Part shown: one piece after another, positions 12,716 to 25,700 of the stretch
Position numbering within the stretch: position 1 is the stretch's first letter
How the letters are laid out: every line of letters starts with the position of its first letter
Assembly (NCBI GenBank): GCA_965153455.1
Contig: OZ234493.1
Span: 2,542,001 to 2,606,000, forward strand
Reading direction: 5' to 3'
Source: Sphagnum compactum
Lineage: Eukaryota
DNA length: 64,000 nt
The notes under the pieces: generated by a model
Databases searched by the model: none
What the model was told of the DNA's origin: nothing
Seen by the model: the letters and a program-made list of their open reading frames with translations, nothing else
Program-made: the position numbers and the translations under genes

Positions 12716-15700
12716 GGGTAATGATGAATGATGGCTTTAACTCTAATGGGATTTAACCATGCTAAAGTTTTGGAGAACTTTGAAACGCATGTTGAAAACT
12801 TATATGAAGGCTTGGATGCCAAGGTGATCTCACTTTAATGCTTGTCAAGTCTTCATGATTGTTATTGAACTATTTAAGGATTTTCTTAAATGTAAAAGCT
12901 CAATCAAAGCAAGTTTAAAAATTAGAGTGTTGTTATTAATTTGTAGAGAATGATATGACAAATTATGTCTACTAATGCCTAAAAATCCTTCAAATAGATC
13001 ACATTCCATCTCTTAGTAATGGAATCACAAAATTTGATAAGTATGTGCCAAATTGCAATTAAAATAATATTTTACACAAGCTTTGAAAGGGCCATGATCT
13101 ACTTTCAATGACTCAATTTGACAAATTATCACAATTTGTCACATATTTGCTTCAAGTTCTATGAACTTTGAAACAATTAACATGAATCATTTGGTAAAAG
13201 AAGACCATATTTTGATATTTTGACCTTGACATTTTGTGCAATCAAATCTATTTGGTTTCCAAAAGATCATAAGTTGTACAATTGTTGAACCTCATGGGAG
13301 CATTTTTGATGTGATAGATAAGTGCAACAAGTGTGTTTCACAATGTTTCACGTCATACCGAATGGTTGGAAATGCTATTGACACATGGCAATGCCCTTGT
13401 ACAAATTTTCAAACCCTTGCAAAAGGGTTGTGTCACAAGTACTCTCGATTTGAATTTTACAAATTGAACAATTATTATAGGTTGACATGATTGTCTAGTA
13501 ACACTTAATTTGTGTTGAACCATTGATGTAATTTACTATAATATTGATGTACTTTCAAGTTATTGCAAACTCAAATTCTGTTAATTATTTTGTGTGGGAA
13601 TGTGAAGGAAGCATTAGCAAGAATATTTAGAGAAGAAGGTCGAAAAAGTTTCAATTTACGATTCAATATAATTTCCATATTTTTCATGTTTTCCCTTTTC
13701 CGAAGATTCCACAAGGTTTTCCATCCTTGTTGGCCACTTTAATTACAGTCATGGGACTTGATTGAACCAAACAAAATGTGAACCATTATGATCATGAATG
13801 CAACCAAAAGGAAACACTATCATGGTTTTATACTAACAGATGGAATTATTTCGTATTAAATAATTACTTTAGCGTGCACTATTAAATATCACAAGAGAAT
13901 TTAAAATTGTTGGTCTTGGGTTGTAGTGTCTTTTAGAGCAAAAGATTGGAAAGACAACCCTACAGATGTTTATTTTGGAAATTCAGTGCATGAGAACAAA
14001 ACTTGTTAAGGTACTAAAAAAGTGGTATTAATTTGGATTTTGAAATGAATGATCTATCTTTTATAATACTAGAAATTTGAGAGAATGGAACCACATAGAT
14101 CTAATATGTTTACATGATTTTTATCACCATTTCCCATATTGGGGCATGCATATAAAACATTTTTCACATTAATGCATGAAAATTTTGTTTAACTAGCAAT
14201 CATTATTTTAAAAATTGTTTTGGGGAAGATTGCTTTTAAACTACAAGATTTATTTTCTGGTGGTTAACAAGGTTATGAAATGTTTGCAAATTGTAGTATG
14301 AAGACACCATTGTAACACCACCCATCGGATATGAGGAATTAGGTGTCACAAATGTTACCAACCTTATTCCAAGATGCAAGCAAGTAAATACAAACCTAGT
14401 CAAAGAAGTCATTATTATTCTAACATACTTGGTTATTACCGGTGTTGTGTGGGCACTTGCTTTGGTGGGTTAGAACTGCCAATTCCAGTTTGGATTAACG
14501 AGTATTGAATCCGAACCTAGCCTGATTTTCAAAACCAGAATCCGAATTTGGTTCCAGTTAGATCTGTTGTCTATAAATGAAAATCAATAAAGACAAAAAA
14601 CTATGAACATATATGATCAGTAATATAATGACATAATCAAGGTTGCATGTGTAGGAAAGGTTATTGTACATGGCCATGGGTTTACTTGTTAACATTGCTG
14701 AAGATGTGACTATTGAAAAGAAAATGCAAAAATGTAATCTTGTGGTATTTATTTCACCCTATTTCTCTCTTCGTGTGTAATGTGTCAAACACACACCTCC
14801 CTTTCCCCGCCCACACAAAAAAGGCACATTATGGCATGAAGGGTTGTGCCTTTATCAAATTGGAAGAGGCACTTAATCATGCTTGTCTCTTTATGTAAAG
14901 TGAAGAGGGTTTTTTTATTAAGAATATTCTTTTTAAATTTTTAATTATTATTTTTGTGCATTTTGTGGATCTTCGTTGGGATTTATTGCTTACTTTATGC
15001 ATTTAAACTTTGACACTAATACATTTTTACTTTCAAAAGGCAGCATATTTTATAAGGGGATTATCCTGGTATATCCTAATTGGTTTTGGAACATTGTTCA
15101 GTAACTATTTGATTTAGCAACAAGTAAAAATTGTTTACCTTTATAGTTTTGTAAGTAATGGGGGATATGACAAATGTAATTACTTTTTTAATGCTTAATA
15201 AAAAAAAGATTTAATGTTTTTCTCATTGGGCTTGACTTCTTCATAGGAACATTTGTGCAAAATATTGAATCAGAAGACAATTACTCTTGTAAACATGTAA
15301 CCTATGTTTCCTTTCCCCATCGTTGCCAGAGGATAATCCCACAAATACTTTTCAATGTTTGGCAATATAAATAGCCTCATTGTAATCCTCATAGTAATGG
15401 AGAACATCATAAGATTGATCAACAAATTCACTTTGAACCTGATTTTTTCTTTAAATGGTAAAATGTAAATAACGTTGTTCAAGAAGCCAAAGTAATATGG
15501 AAATTGTGTTTGATGGCCACAGAACACTTTTATTTTTGAAAAAGCTGAGTATATTTAAAGAAAGTAAGGATGCAATGAAACAAAACAAAATTGTGGATCA
15601 ACTTTCCCATCTTTTCCCTTGCAAACATGAGGTCATTTTTTGTAAAATTTAGCCAACACATATATATTCTGAATTCCAATTATATCATTCAACAAATTGT

Positions 15701-18700
15701 TTCCTCTTTTTTTTTAATTGAAAATTGTGATGCACAACAATCCTTTCATAACAAAACCAAATAAGTGTAAATCCTCAAAAGATTATACCATTAACTAGTG
15801 TTGGTTGAAAATTTCAAGTTTTGTGCAAGTTCATTAGTCTACAAAGAAATCATGTACTATTTAGTCCCACACAGCAGTAACCTTTAAATTGGGGTGCACA
15901 AATTGTCATCTTTAGACTTTGAAATTGTGTTTGATCTTTAGACATCTATAAGATGTTCCTAAATGTAAATTCTAGTTGCAAAATGTATATTTCACTCAAT
16001 TATAAGTGTAGATTGGCAATTTTGGAGTGAATATGTGAACCACTGTGTTGGTATGATGATTGTTTGTAAGGTTCTAGTTGGTAAAAAGTACACAAATTTT
16101 TTTGCAAGTGTTGCTAGTTTCTTCAATGTCATACACTTTTAACATTTGTTTTTCCAATCATATATGGATTGATGTTTGGCACACATGCAGTCCATGTTGC
16201 TTGCTATTTTGAGATTGCTTTGGAATCTATCGTTTGACTATAGCCTCAGGATGGATATGGTACGTTAATCTTTCAATGCTTCATCTAGCACCATTATTAT
16301 TGAAGTAGAATATTTATGGTCGAGATTATAACCAAATTTATAGGTACATCATAAATGAAACATTTTTCTTCCCCAACAAAGTCGATTTGTTATTTCATAT
16401 TATCATCCATGAAATTATGCAAATCAAATATCAATGATTTGGGTGGTGCAGGTTAGATGTAAAATGATACCAATTTTAATTGTTTTTGTCAAGGAACACA
16501 AATTTGAACATTTGGTATGTTGACTTGTCACCTGATTCATTGACATGTTACATTTCATTTGTTAAGAAGACCTCTATGTTGAGCAGGTGGTTATAGGTTG
16601 TAATTGTCTTTGGATCAAGGAATAGATTTATTTAGAATGTCATATTTAATTATTGTGCAACTTGCAAGATTTGTATAAAGGATTTAAAAGTTGGGTAGCA
16701 AATTCCTCATTATTTGTTTATTAAATGAAGATTGTGTTATGTATAATGACTCCCACATTTGACATACTTTTCACCTAGTTTGTAATGTTATTCAAGCCAT
16801 GTTGTAATCATCCATGTTGATTCCATCTTTCCTGCTTCAGGTATATGGACTTCTTTATAATCTATCAATGGATACTACTACCCATTCACAATTTGTTGAA
16901 AGTGAGGTTGTGGCTATGATCCTACAGGTAAAAATCAAAATCAAAATCAAACATTAAGATTTCCAAATATTCTTATTTCACTAATTCACCCCTAACAACA
17001 CAGAGTTATTATTGGTTTCCAAACAAAAAAAAATAGGTGGAAAATTTTACATTAGCCCACAATTGAAATATCTACACAATTGACTATGTGTACATAACGA
17101 TATCACATTTAATTGAATTTATACATCAACATAAATGGAGCCAACAGTGTTGTCATTCATCCTTAAGGTGGGATCTATTGAATATTGAAGATGCAATAAG
17201 AGAATGAAATTAATAAAATTAAATAATAAAGGGTGATTTTGTGTAACAAATCTTGAAGGATCCAAAAAAGTGTTTGATTGATGAGTTGATGGCTCTAGCA
17301 ATCAACCTCACTTGTGTTCATACCGACTCTCAGGTTGTTCTTGAACCCCCTCAGGATACAATTCCCCATATTCACAAATTTTGTGGACATGAATGGAGTT
17401 TTAACTAGTTTACACTCCAAATTATGAGTTGAAACGTCATTTTCACAATTTGGTGTGAACATGCAAATTCCACTTTCTAAATTGCTAAAAATGTAATGAA
17501 AAACAATTTATGTAAGAACAACATGTTATTTTTTAGATTTACTTAAAATTCGTAATAGAAAATATGGGAATTTTATTGCACTTTTTTTTAAAAAATTCTT
17601 TATGTGGACCAGTGATTGATTGGTCAATAGGTTGTTGAGCATAGTAGTCATATTGGAAATTAATATGAATGTGGTTTGGCAGGTTTTGTGTCAGCCTAAA
17701 GCGTTGGAACAACTAATTTCAAAGGCTATCCATGTTGAAAATTTGCTTATTTTTAAGGTGGACAATTAAAACCCTGACCAAATAAATCAGTTACAAATAA
17801 TTGATTGTTTAAAAAAAATTCATTGTGGCATCATAAAACATAATTGTTCAATGTGTGTTTTTTAATTTTAGTTGAAAAGATGCTACAATCATGGTTCAAT
17901 TTCCTTGGATTAGGTCATTCGGAATATGAGCCAACTAAATGATGCAAAGCCTCAAATGTTATTGTAAGTATTAAATAAGTGTCTTAAAATCATTACAGAA
18001 GACATTCTCAAATCAGGAACCTTCAACTACCATCTTCATTTTTTGTCTCATAGCTATTGAACCAGCACAAAATTTGCATAAGGATGATATTAGGAAATGG
18101 TGCGGCTTGACATATGTGGTCTCCAGAATAATGTGTGAGATTTATGGTGATGCCTTGTCATGTTGTGTATCGAGTCTCTAAACTTGGAACACTTCAAAGT
18201 TATTAGGATTATTGAATTGGTGATATGATTTAGGACATTTTCTTTTACAATAATTGTAAATCTATCAACAGGATGTCAAGATTTTGTTTGGTATTCAGAG
18301 GTTTGAGAATTTAAAGAATTGAGCATAAAACATTAAATGTTTTCACAATGCAGTGCCTTACCTGCCTTGGTTGACCTGTTGTTGACATCTCACACAACAA
18401 TCCCTCTCCAGGTCAATTTGTTGTTGTTTTCACATTTTGAATGTGCTTACATCCTTTTTATTCAATGTTTTTGCTAAACCATTTGTGTACTCATTTCATT
18501 CCCATGTGCATTTTTGAGTTGGATAAAAGGTGGAATTTTTACATGGTAACTTGATCATGAGGGCATGGACATATTTTGTCTCAATGCATGGGAATTTTAC
18601 TTCAAAAAATTATTGAAGCCATATTTTCACAATAATTCACATCCATGGCTTCAATTGCAAATAAGAAACTACACTATAAGAACTAAAGCATTGTCAATTA

Positions 18701-21216
18701 ATATCTCTTACCACATATTTGTGAAGGTGGAAGTGATTGGGACACTTAACAATTTGTCAAGTATAGAAGACAGTTTTGATACAGTGGTAATCAAGACAAG
18801 CCTGGTGCAATATCTAGTGATGCATATGCAACTTGGGATCATGGAAGATGACCTAATTTTAGAGGTTGCTCCAATTTAAAGATCCCACTGATGTTCATGA
18901 CTTTGATTAATAGTTGAATTGCCCTTTCCACAAGTTGTTGTTACCCTATGTTTTTCGTACTACTTGTGTTCGATGCTCATTAACAAAAAATTGAACTAAA
19001 TTAAATATATAACCACTTGCAAATTTTCATATGTTATATGCCTTCATCAATTTGAACAAGTTTAATAATAGATTGTCAAGTGACATTTATAGATGGAGTT
19101 GACCAACATGTGTTATGTAGATGACAATGTTTGTAGGCGGGGTATGTTCAGAAAAGACGTCATCTTTTCTCTCTAGTTCTAGCTTGGTCTGTGATTCTTC
19201 TAACTTGCACACATCATCGATGCATTAACCAATTTTGATTTTAAGACCATGAATAGAATTGTATAAAATTCTGCACATATTGGTTCAAATTATGAAGTCT
19301 AAGTGAAATTTTTGATGAAGTTCCTCCATTTGAAATTCAAATGATTATTTTTAGTAATCATTTATTTCAAAATTATCATTTCACCACTATAATGATGATC
19401 AAGTAGTTCAATTGGCAGGTAAATAAAATGTGCAGCTTGTTTCTTGATGTCAAAGCAGATGAGGATTTGATAACTCAGGTGTCCTATCAAAATAGAAATT
19501 AAAAATGGAGTTTTTTAAATACTAAATTAATTGGGAGAAAAGCATTTTTAAGTGTGAACTTGGTGTGCACAAGGTTTTCAACTCTAGATAAGATTTTAGT
19601 TTAATTTTTATCAAATGTTGATTTGAACATGATCTTGGACCACTCTCTTTGGGGACACTGTTGAATGTGCTTTGACTTTCAAACTTTGATTCTTAAATAT
19701 GTCAATGTTATCTACTAAAAATATTTGTGTTGGTCAGTTATTGTTCACATTTTGCCAACTTTTGCTCTATAAAGAGACAAGGGAGGACATTACTTCCAAC
19801 ACCAAGGTATCATAATTTCTGGATTAAGATGTTCTGACAGGTTCATATACCAGTATTTCTTCTCTTGGTTGATGTGAGACTTCCAACATACTTAGCAACA
19901 ATAAGTACAAGATCCAATTCACAAGTAATTAACAGTCAGTTGGTGCATATTGTCATATCAAAACTCACAACTAGAGTCACAACAATACAATATATAATAC
20001 CTTGTTGATGGTTTAGACATTTTATCAGAAACATTTTATGGTTAATTTGCTAACACAAGGGGATGAACTTTTAAATACCATTTAATTAGAGATAAGTTAT
20101 TGCAAATTTGTTAAATAGTCCATAGTTGACCATATTGCAAGGACCTTCAATTGTAGCTTATGAGAAACTATATTGTACTTAAGATTATGCATTAATACTA
20201 CATAACATTTATGTCAATGTGGATTCCACAAATGGATTTGTATATTTGCAGGTGGTTGTTTCAATCTTCAAGTTATCTCAGGTTTCTTTCTTTGGTCTTT
20301 ATTGCTAGGTGATCAATCACATGGTAACAAGTCCTGATCAATTCCAATCATTGTTCGATTTGAAGTGTTGGGTTTGTATTTTACATAACATGGGATGGTG
20401 AGGGGATGATCAGCATTTTGTACTCAAGTGGAAAAAGATTTGCTTTCGCACATGGTGCAATTTAGCCTTTGGCAAGAGTGGCACATAGCAATGTCTGTGG
20501 GTTTTGGAATCAATTTCTCACACAAAATTGAAGCTGAGAGACTAGGATCTAAACATAATGAAAATCCCCTATTCTCATTAGCTTAAATTGAAACATCTAT
20601 TGATCCCATTTTTAAAGTAACTAGTGTTTAAATTGTGCTTGTAAATGCCATTTCAACCTAAGGGATTGTGATTTCTTTGGAGTCCAGGGTTATGCAATAA
20701 GTGACCAATTTTACCAATGCTACAAGATGTTTGAAATTCACATACTTCCGTGTGGGTGGGAAAGCAGGATGCAAAGCAAAACAGTTCAGTTAAGGAAGTA
20801 GCAAATGTCACTACACAAACAATTGCTGAAGTGGATCCAAAATGGGGCGCCAGGATCCAATGGTGGAGATTTGCTACCCATAATTTTGATAGGCTTCTAA
20901 TGTTGCAGGTGCACATTTCATACATGATGGATGTTATAACATTGATCTTAACTGTATAAACTCCAAACCCCAAACAAATATAATTTACCATGACAATAAT
21001 ATACAATCCACACAGAGTATATATGTTTGGCAATTAGGCAAGTGATAAAAGGAGGTAAAAGTCAATCATTCCAAATTTGCGTTAACCCTAAACCTCTAGG
21101 AATAACTGACAAGTCAACATATCACCTAATGATAAAAACAAGTTACAAATTCATATGTTTATATGTATAGTAATACTCCCTTGTTGAGTTTGTTTCAGGA
21201 ACTTGAACAAGTTTGA
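12716..21216 (+). pseudogene. FLA3: Kinesin-II-associated protein (KAP3/KIFAP3/FLA3, ARM repeats, intraflagellar transport), apparently pseudogenised
   Basis: Exons collinear with remembered KAP3: 12716-12823 (ENFETHVENLYEGLDAK), 13318-13387 (ISATSVFHNVSRHTEWLEMLLTH), 13597-13715 (EALARIFREEGRKSFNLRFNIISIFFMFSLFRRFHK), 13927-14010 (LLEQKIGKTTLQMFILEI), 14297-14383, 14655-14733 (ERLLYMAMGLLVNIAEDVTIEKKM), 15523-15631 (FLKKLSIFKESKDAM...FPCKHE), 16191-16259 (LRLLWNLSFDYSLR), 16452-16514, 16841-16927 (VYGLLYNLSMD), 17683-17757, 17914-17963 (VIRNMSQ), 18354-18411, 18727-18864 (VEVIGTLNNL...MEDDLILE), 19436-19478, 19738-19806, 20252-20281, 20768-20908 (IAEVDPKWGARIQWWRFATHN), 21199-21216. Lesions are listed under findings. 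Weaker 5' exons may lie at ~11700-11850 and ~12450-12560. Confidence 0.88.
14430..14565. repeat. Short repeat or MITE-like insertion in a KAP intron
   Basis: A GC-richer block with recurring gaacc/ggttcc words inside an AT-rich intron. Termini are not resolved. Confidence 0.35.
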
Positions 21217-22227
21217 TCAGTTGATATGTGGGCCACACAACTTCGAATGGGTTGGATTAGTCAATGCACACTTATGATACTATCCTATCATTTAATGATG
21301 CATAGATGCATAACCACATATAACAAATTTGTAGTCCCATGGTTATATGGGTTTTTTAAGCGCCAACAAAACAAGTTGTGTAGGCCAATTGGGATATGAA
21401 AACAAAATGATGTTAGCGACTTTGATTGTATATTTGCTTGTTGGTGGTGGCTAATAAAAGAATGTAACAATGAAGTTACAACTAATAAGGTGGATACAAT
21501 AGATCCCATAACTTTCTAAATTTAAGTGGTCCAAGCTATGCTTTGGCTAATGTCATTATTTTGCACCTTCATGACCTTGGTGTGTCCCTCGGAAATAAAA
21601 TTTGTTTGGAAAGCAAAACATTAGTCACGATAAAGTTTTCAGCACAAGGAAGGGAACTCCACACCAGGAGTCAAAGTTTTTCCATAAAGGCAGGGGTGAG
21701 CTCACAGTGAGATCAAAATGTAACACTACAAAGAAACACTAGCATGAAACAGAGCCTAAAACTCCTTTCTCCTCAATGTTAGTAGTGAAACAGGATTCAG
21801 CTTGAAGTTTTAATTTGAAAGGCTAAAGGTGAGATCAAAATCCAACACTTGAAAAATACACTGGAGCCTTCCATCAGCTTCAAAAAATTTGGCACATAGT
21901 GGCTGAGGAGCTAAGGGTTCCTCAAATGGTCCACAGTGTAGCACCCAGTCCAGACCAATCTGGAAATCACTGAGCTTCAATGGATGAATGTACAGACATT
22001 CTGATGATTGGTTTAGACTGGTGCTACCATCTAGATAACAAGAGAGTTGATTGACAACAACAGGATTTCAGCAAGCTTCTGCCACAAAGGATAGAGTGAT
22101 GCCATTAAAACTGCAACTGCATACAAACTCATACAGGGCCCATATCTATGAAGTTGCAGAGAATTCTGCACAATGTCATTCTGAAGATAACACAACAATA
22201 CGCGCAGTCAAAATCTTTGGAAGTCAG

Positions 22228-22500
22228 TCACAAAGTTTCAGACCATAACCTTCATCATTTATAGCAGTGACAAGCTACCATGACTAGCCACAAAATAATG
22301 GGTGCAAATAAGTACAGTAATCTGCCCAAAATTTGGGACAAACCACTATACAAAATCTGTGTCCAAGTTCTGTCACATTTCCAGAAGCAAACAGGAAGAC
22401 TCAGTCATGATGCACACATGAGACATATGTAATAGAAAAAGGATGCATACAGAGCCCACTATGCAACCACAAAGTAAAGCTGCAGCAATATCGTGAAAAT
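22228..22500. repeat. Dispersed ~250-bp repeat, copy 1 (3' of MBD9)
   Basis: Shares tcacaaagt..tcagaccataaccttcatc and ttctgtcacatttc..gaagc.aacaggaagact with 29111-29340 and 35051-35300. Confidence 0.8.
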
Positions 22501-22716
22501 GATTGCACATTTCCAGTTGGTGTTATCAAAATATTTACATCTTCGACAATAGGAACCCTCTGCAATCACAAGTACACTTACTACAAAATATCAAATGTGA
22601 AGACTTGACAAAAATTAATTGTCAGGCAGTCCAGTGATGTGGAAGCAACATGATGGAACCTGATCATTACAAACTCAATAAAATCTGCAATCACCTTACT
22701 CAACCAATTGCCAGTT

Positions 22717-25700
22717 CTACTTTGTCTTCACATGCAAATGTCGCTTCTTCTTCCCTTTCCTGCCTGAAGTTGTTGGATGTTGTTTCTCTTGATCAGACTT
22801 TCCCTTTATTCTGTATGTTATTGAAGCATCAAGTGCATATAGCTTCAGAGCCAGTGAAGACACTGTAACAGATCGAGCAGCGGCAGAGAGAGAAGACCAC
22901 TGGCACCAGGTTTTCTTGAGAAATTCTACTTTCACCATCTGTTCCAAAAGAATTATAGCTTTTGTCATCTGCAATCATCAGCAGGCCAAAAAAGCAGTAT
23001 AAAGGTATAGTGATCAGTAGGACTCCAGATACGTAGAAGCAAACTAATTTTCCTTTTTACCGCAACCTTATGTACAAACAGGCTAGTGTTGTAAACCATC
23101 TGACACATCCAAACAGGATGGATCAATAGGGTAACTTATTGAGGCTCTAATCTCATATCAGTTTATAATTGGCCATCTCATTCCACCAGTGAGTACCCGA
23201 GGTAGCCCTGCAGCAATCTGATTGCTGAGTGGACCACCTACACCCTCAAAAACAATCAACATGTATTACATGGCACCTTCTGATTGACTGATGGACCCCC
23301 AGCCCTCTGGAGTTGCATATGTGATGGCTGAAGGCTAATTGCATCATGCACTTATGTTATCTTTTCAGCTAATTTCAAAATTACTTGCAGAGACATGATA
23401 CTGGTACTACTGGTACACATCACAAGGTATACCAACAATACCTAGAGGCCACTGTCCTAATCTGATGTGCACCTCTTTGCATAGTGTAGCAAATCCAAAT
23501 TGCTGGAGCAGCACCATTCATTCAATTCCATTCTGCTCACGGAGGTCAAGACAGGGCTGCAGCACTACTCTCTACACTGGTTGAACCAGGCATGGAGAGC
23601 TCTCTATTTTATTTTCAACAATATCCATATATAACATTCAACTGAACTGGATTCACAAAACTGAGACTGGAACGTTACCTGATAGATACAGGTCGTAGAT
23701 TTGACAAGAAACCTCCATGCACGTCGCCTTACAGGAGATGATCGAGCAGGCTCCAGCATGTCTTTTGTCATGGCTGCCTCTATATCCAACAACCTTAGTT
23801 GAAGCCCTCTAAGAATTACTTTCTGTTCACCAACCAGGGGACATGTTGCAGCTTCCAGAACTGGAAACTTCTTTGCAGGCTTCTTTCCTGTAACACCAAC
23901 AGGCATTGCAGTCTCTGGGCCACAGCTCTGCTCACTGGTATCTTGCTTGAAACCCTCTGACTGCACTTCTCCCAATGGTGCAGTGGATGATGGCACTGAA
24001 TCCTCTCTAAGCACGACATTGTCTACATTTGCATAAGAACTGGGATAATAGCCTTCAATATCACCATCCAATCTCTCATTGACCTGGCATGTCGTTGGAG
24101 GTACATTCACAAGATAGTCCCATTTATAGTCCAACAAAGTGATTGCCTCAGGTGGGAAAAGACCAAAATCATCTCCAGTCTCATTGGCAAGAACTGGGTC
24201 AGTGCAGGTGACTCCAGTGCCTTGAGCATCATTCCACGACACAGTACCAAGTTCTTCTATCTCAAATTCCTTGGGTTCCACCTCTCCACTAGGAGGGGAG
24301 AGAGGTTGGGTTAGTGGCAAGGACAACTGATCATTACTAGTGGAGAAAACATCCTCCATGCAGGGATAGCAGGGTTGGATCATGAGAGAAGGATCAAATA
24401 CAGGCGCAAAATGAAGGGCAGGCGCAAATGTAGGACATTGGTCTGCAAGCCACCCAATTTGAAGTACTCTATCTCTTGTTGAATTGGAACTGGAGAAAGA
24501 CATTTGCATGGAGGCATAATCAACAGGAGCCAAGGCCTCTTTGCTAACCACCTGAGTTGATGATAATTTGTTAGCTTTCCTTTTACCACCTTGGGATCCT
24601 TGCTTCTTCTGTTTTGACTCCATCCTTCCTCGCCAAATGCTTGGAACCTGCTCATTGTGAAGCTGTGAGTCTCCATGAAAGCCACTGTGGAAGAATGGAT
24701 CCATGGGCTCCTCATGTGTGATCCATTTGCTACCATTCATTTGGGGTTGATAGTCTTCTTGTGCAGGACCTGTACTCCTGGTAGCTGGTCTAGAGGAAAA
24801 CACTGAAGCTTCCTCAATCATGCACAATCTCTCTGCACTGTGGGGTCGTTTAAGATTTTCATTATCCCCAGACAATCTAGTGCATTTTGAACTTCCAGGC
24901 CTTGATTCTGTTTTTCTCTCAGATGAAGCTGAATTAATTACCATTCCAGAAGATGAGTTTCCCCATTTCCTCTTATTAGAGAGGGGTTGGGTCTCTACCT
25001 CCTGAAAGTCAGTGCCAGGACTCTGTACTATGGGGCACGTCTTTTGATGATTCAGAAGCTCCACTGAGGATTCATATGTTTCATGGCAACTCTGGCAGTG
25101 TGACCTAGTTCTCCACAAAGGCTCCAGACATTCGCAGCGATTCAGTTGCTTGATTGAAGATGAGGACTCACCAGATGACCCATACCTTGCCTCAAGGATA
25201 ACAGTTGCGTTCACCCTTGGGAAAATGTCTGCACCAATTCTGGAAGGCTTCCTGGTAGTCATCATCACAGGATGAACTGACTTATCTCCCTCCTTGCCTG
25301 AAATGCTGCAACTTAAAGGCAATTTTACTTCATTCAATTCTTCATCAGGATGCTGATGCTTTGTAAACACTGACCTTCGCCATTCATGAATAGAAACCTT
25401 AAGAGATCTTTCTCCCTTGCTTTCAGAGATCAGCCATGAGACCAAGTTATCAAGGGCTTCCTCACCCTTGTAAACCCACCACTGGTATCCCTTTGATTCC
25501 TTCCTTCCTCCACTTGACTCTTTTACTTCTCCATCTGCACATTGACACAACAACCCACAACTTAGTACTATCCTGCAATTGAGTCAACTTAAGAGGCCAA
25601 GTACCTTCTCATGCAGTACATGCGTACTGAACAGCTCATGAACTCTGAGTTCCAACCATTTACAACCATCAACCCCATGATGGGTACTGCATACCCATAT

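Noticed and set aside
10480-13500. Initial reading as a hAT transposase remnant
   Set aside because: No transposase motifs were found. The plus-strand part resolves into KAP exons and the minus-strand part remains unassigned.
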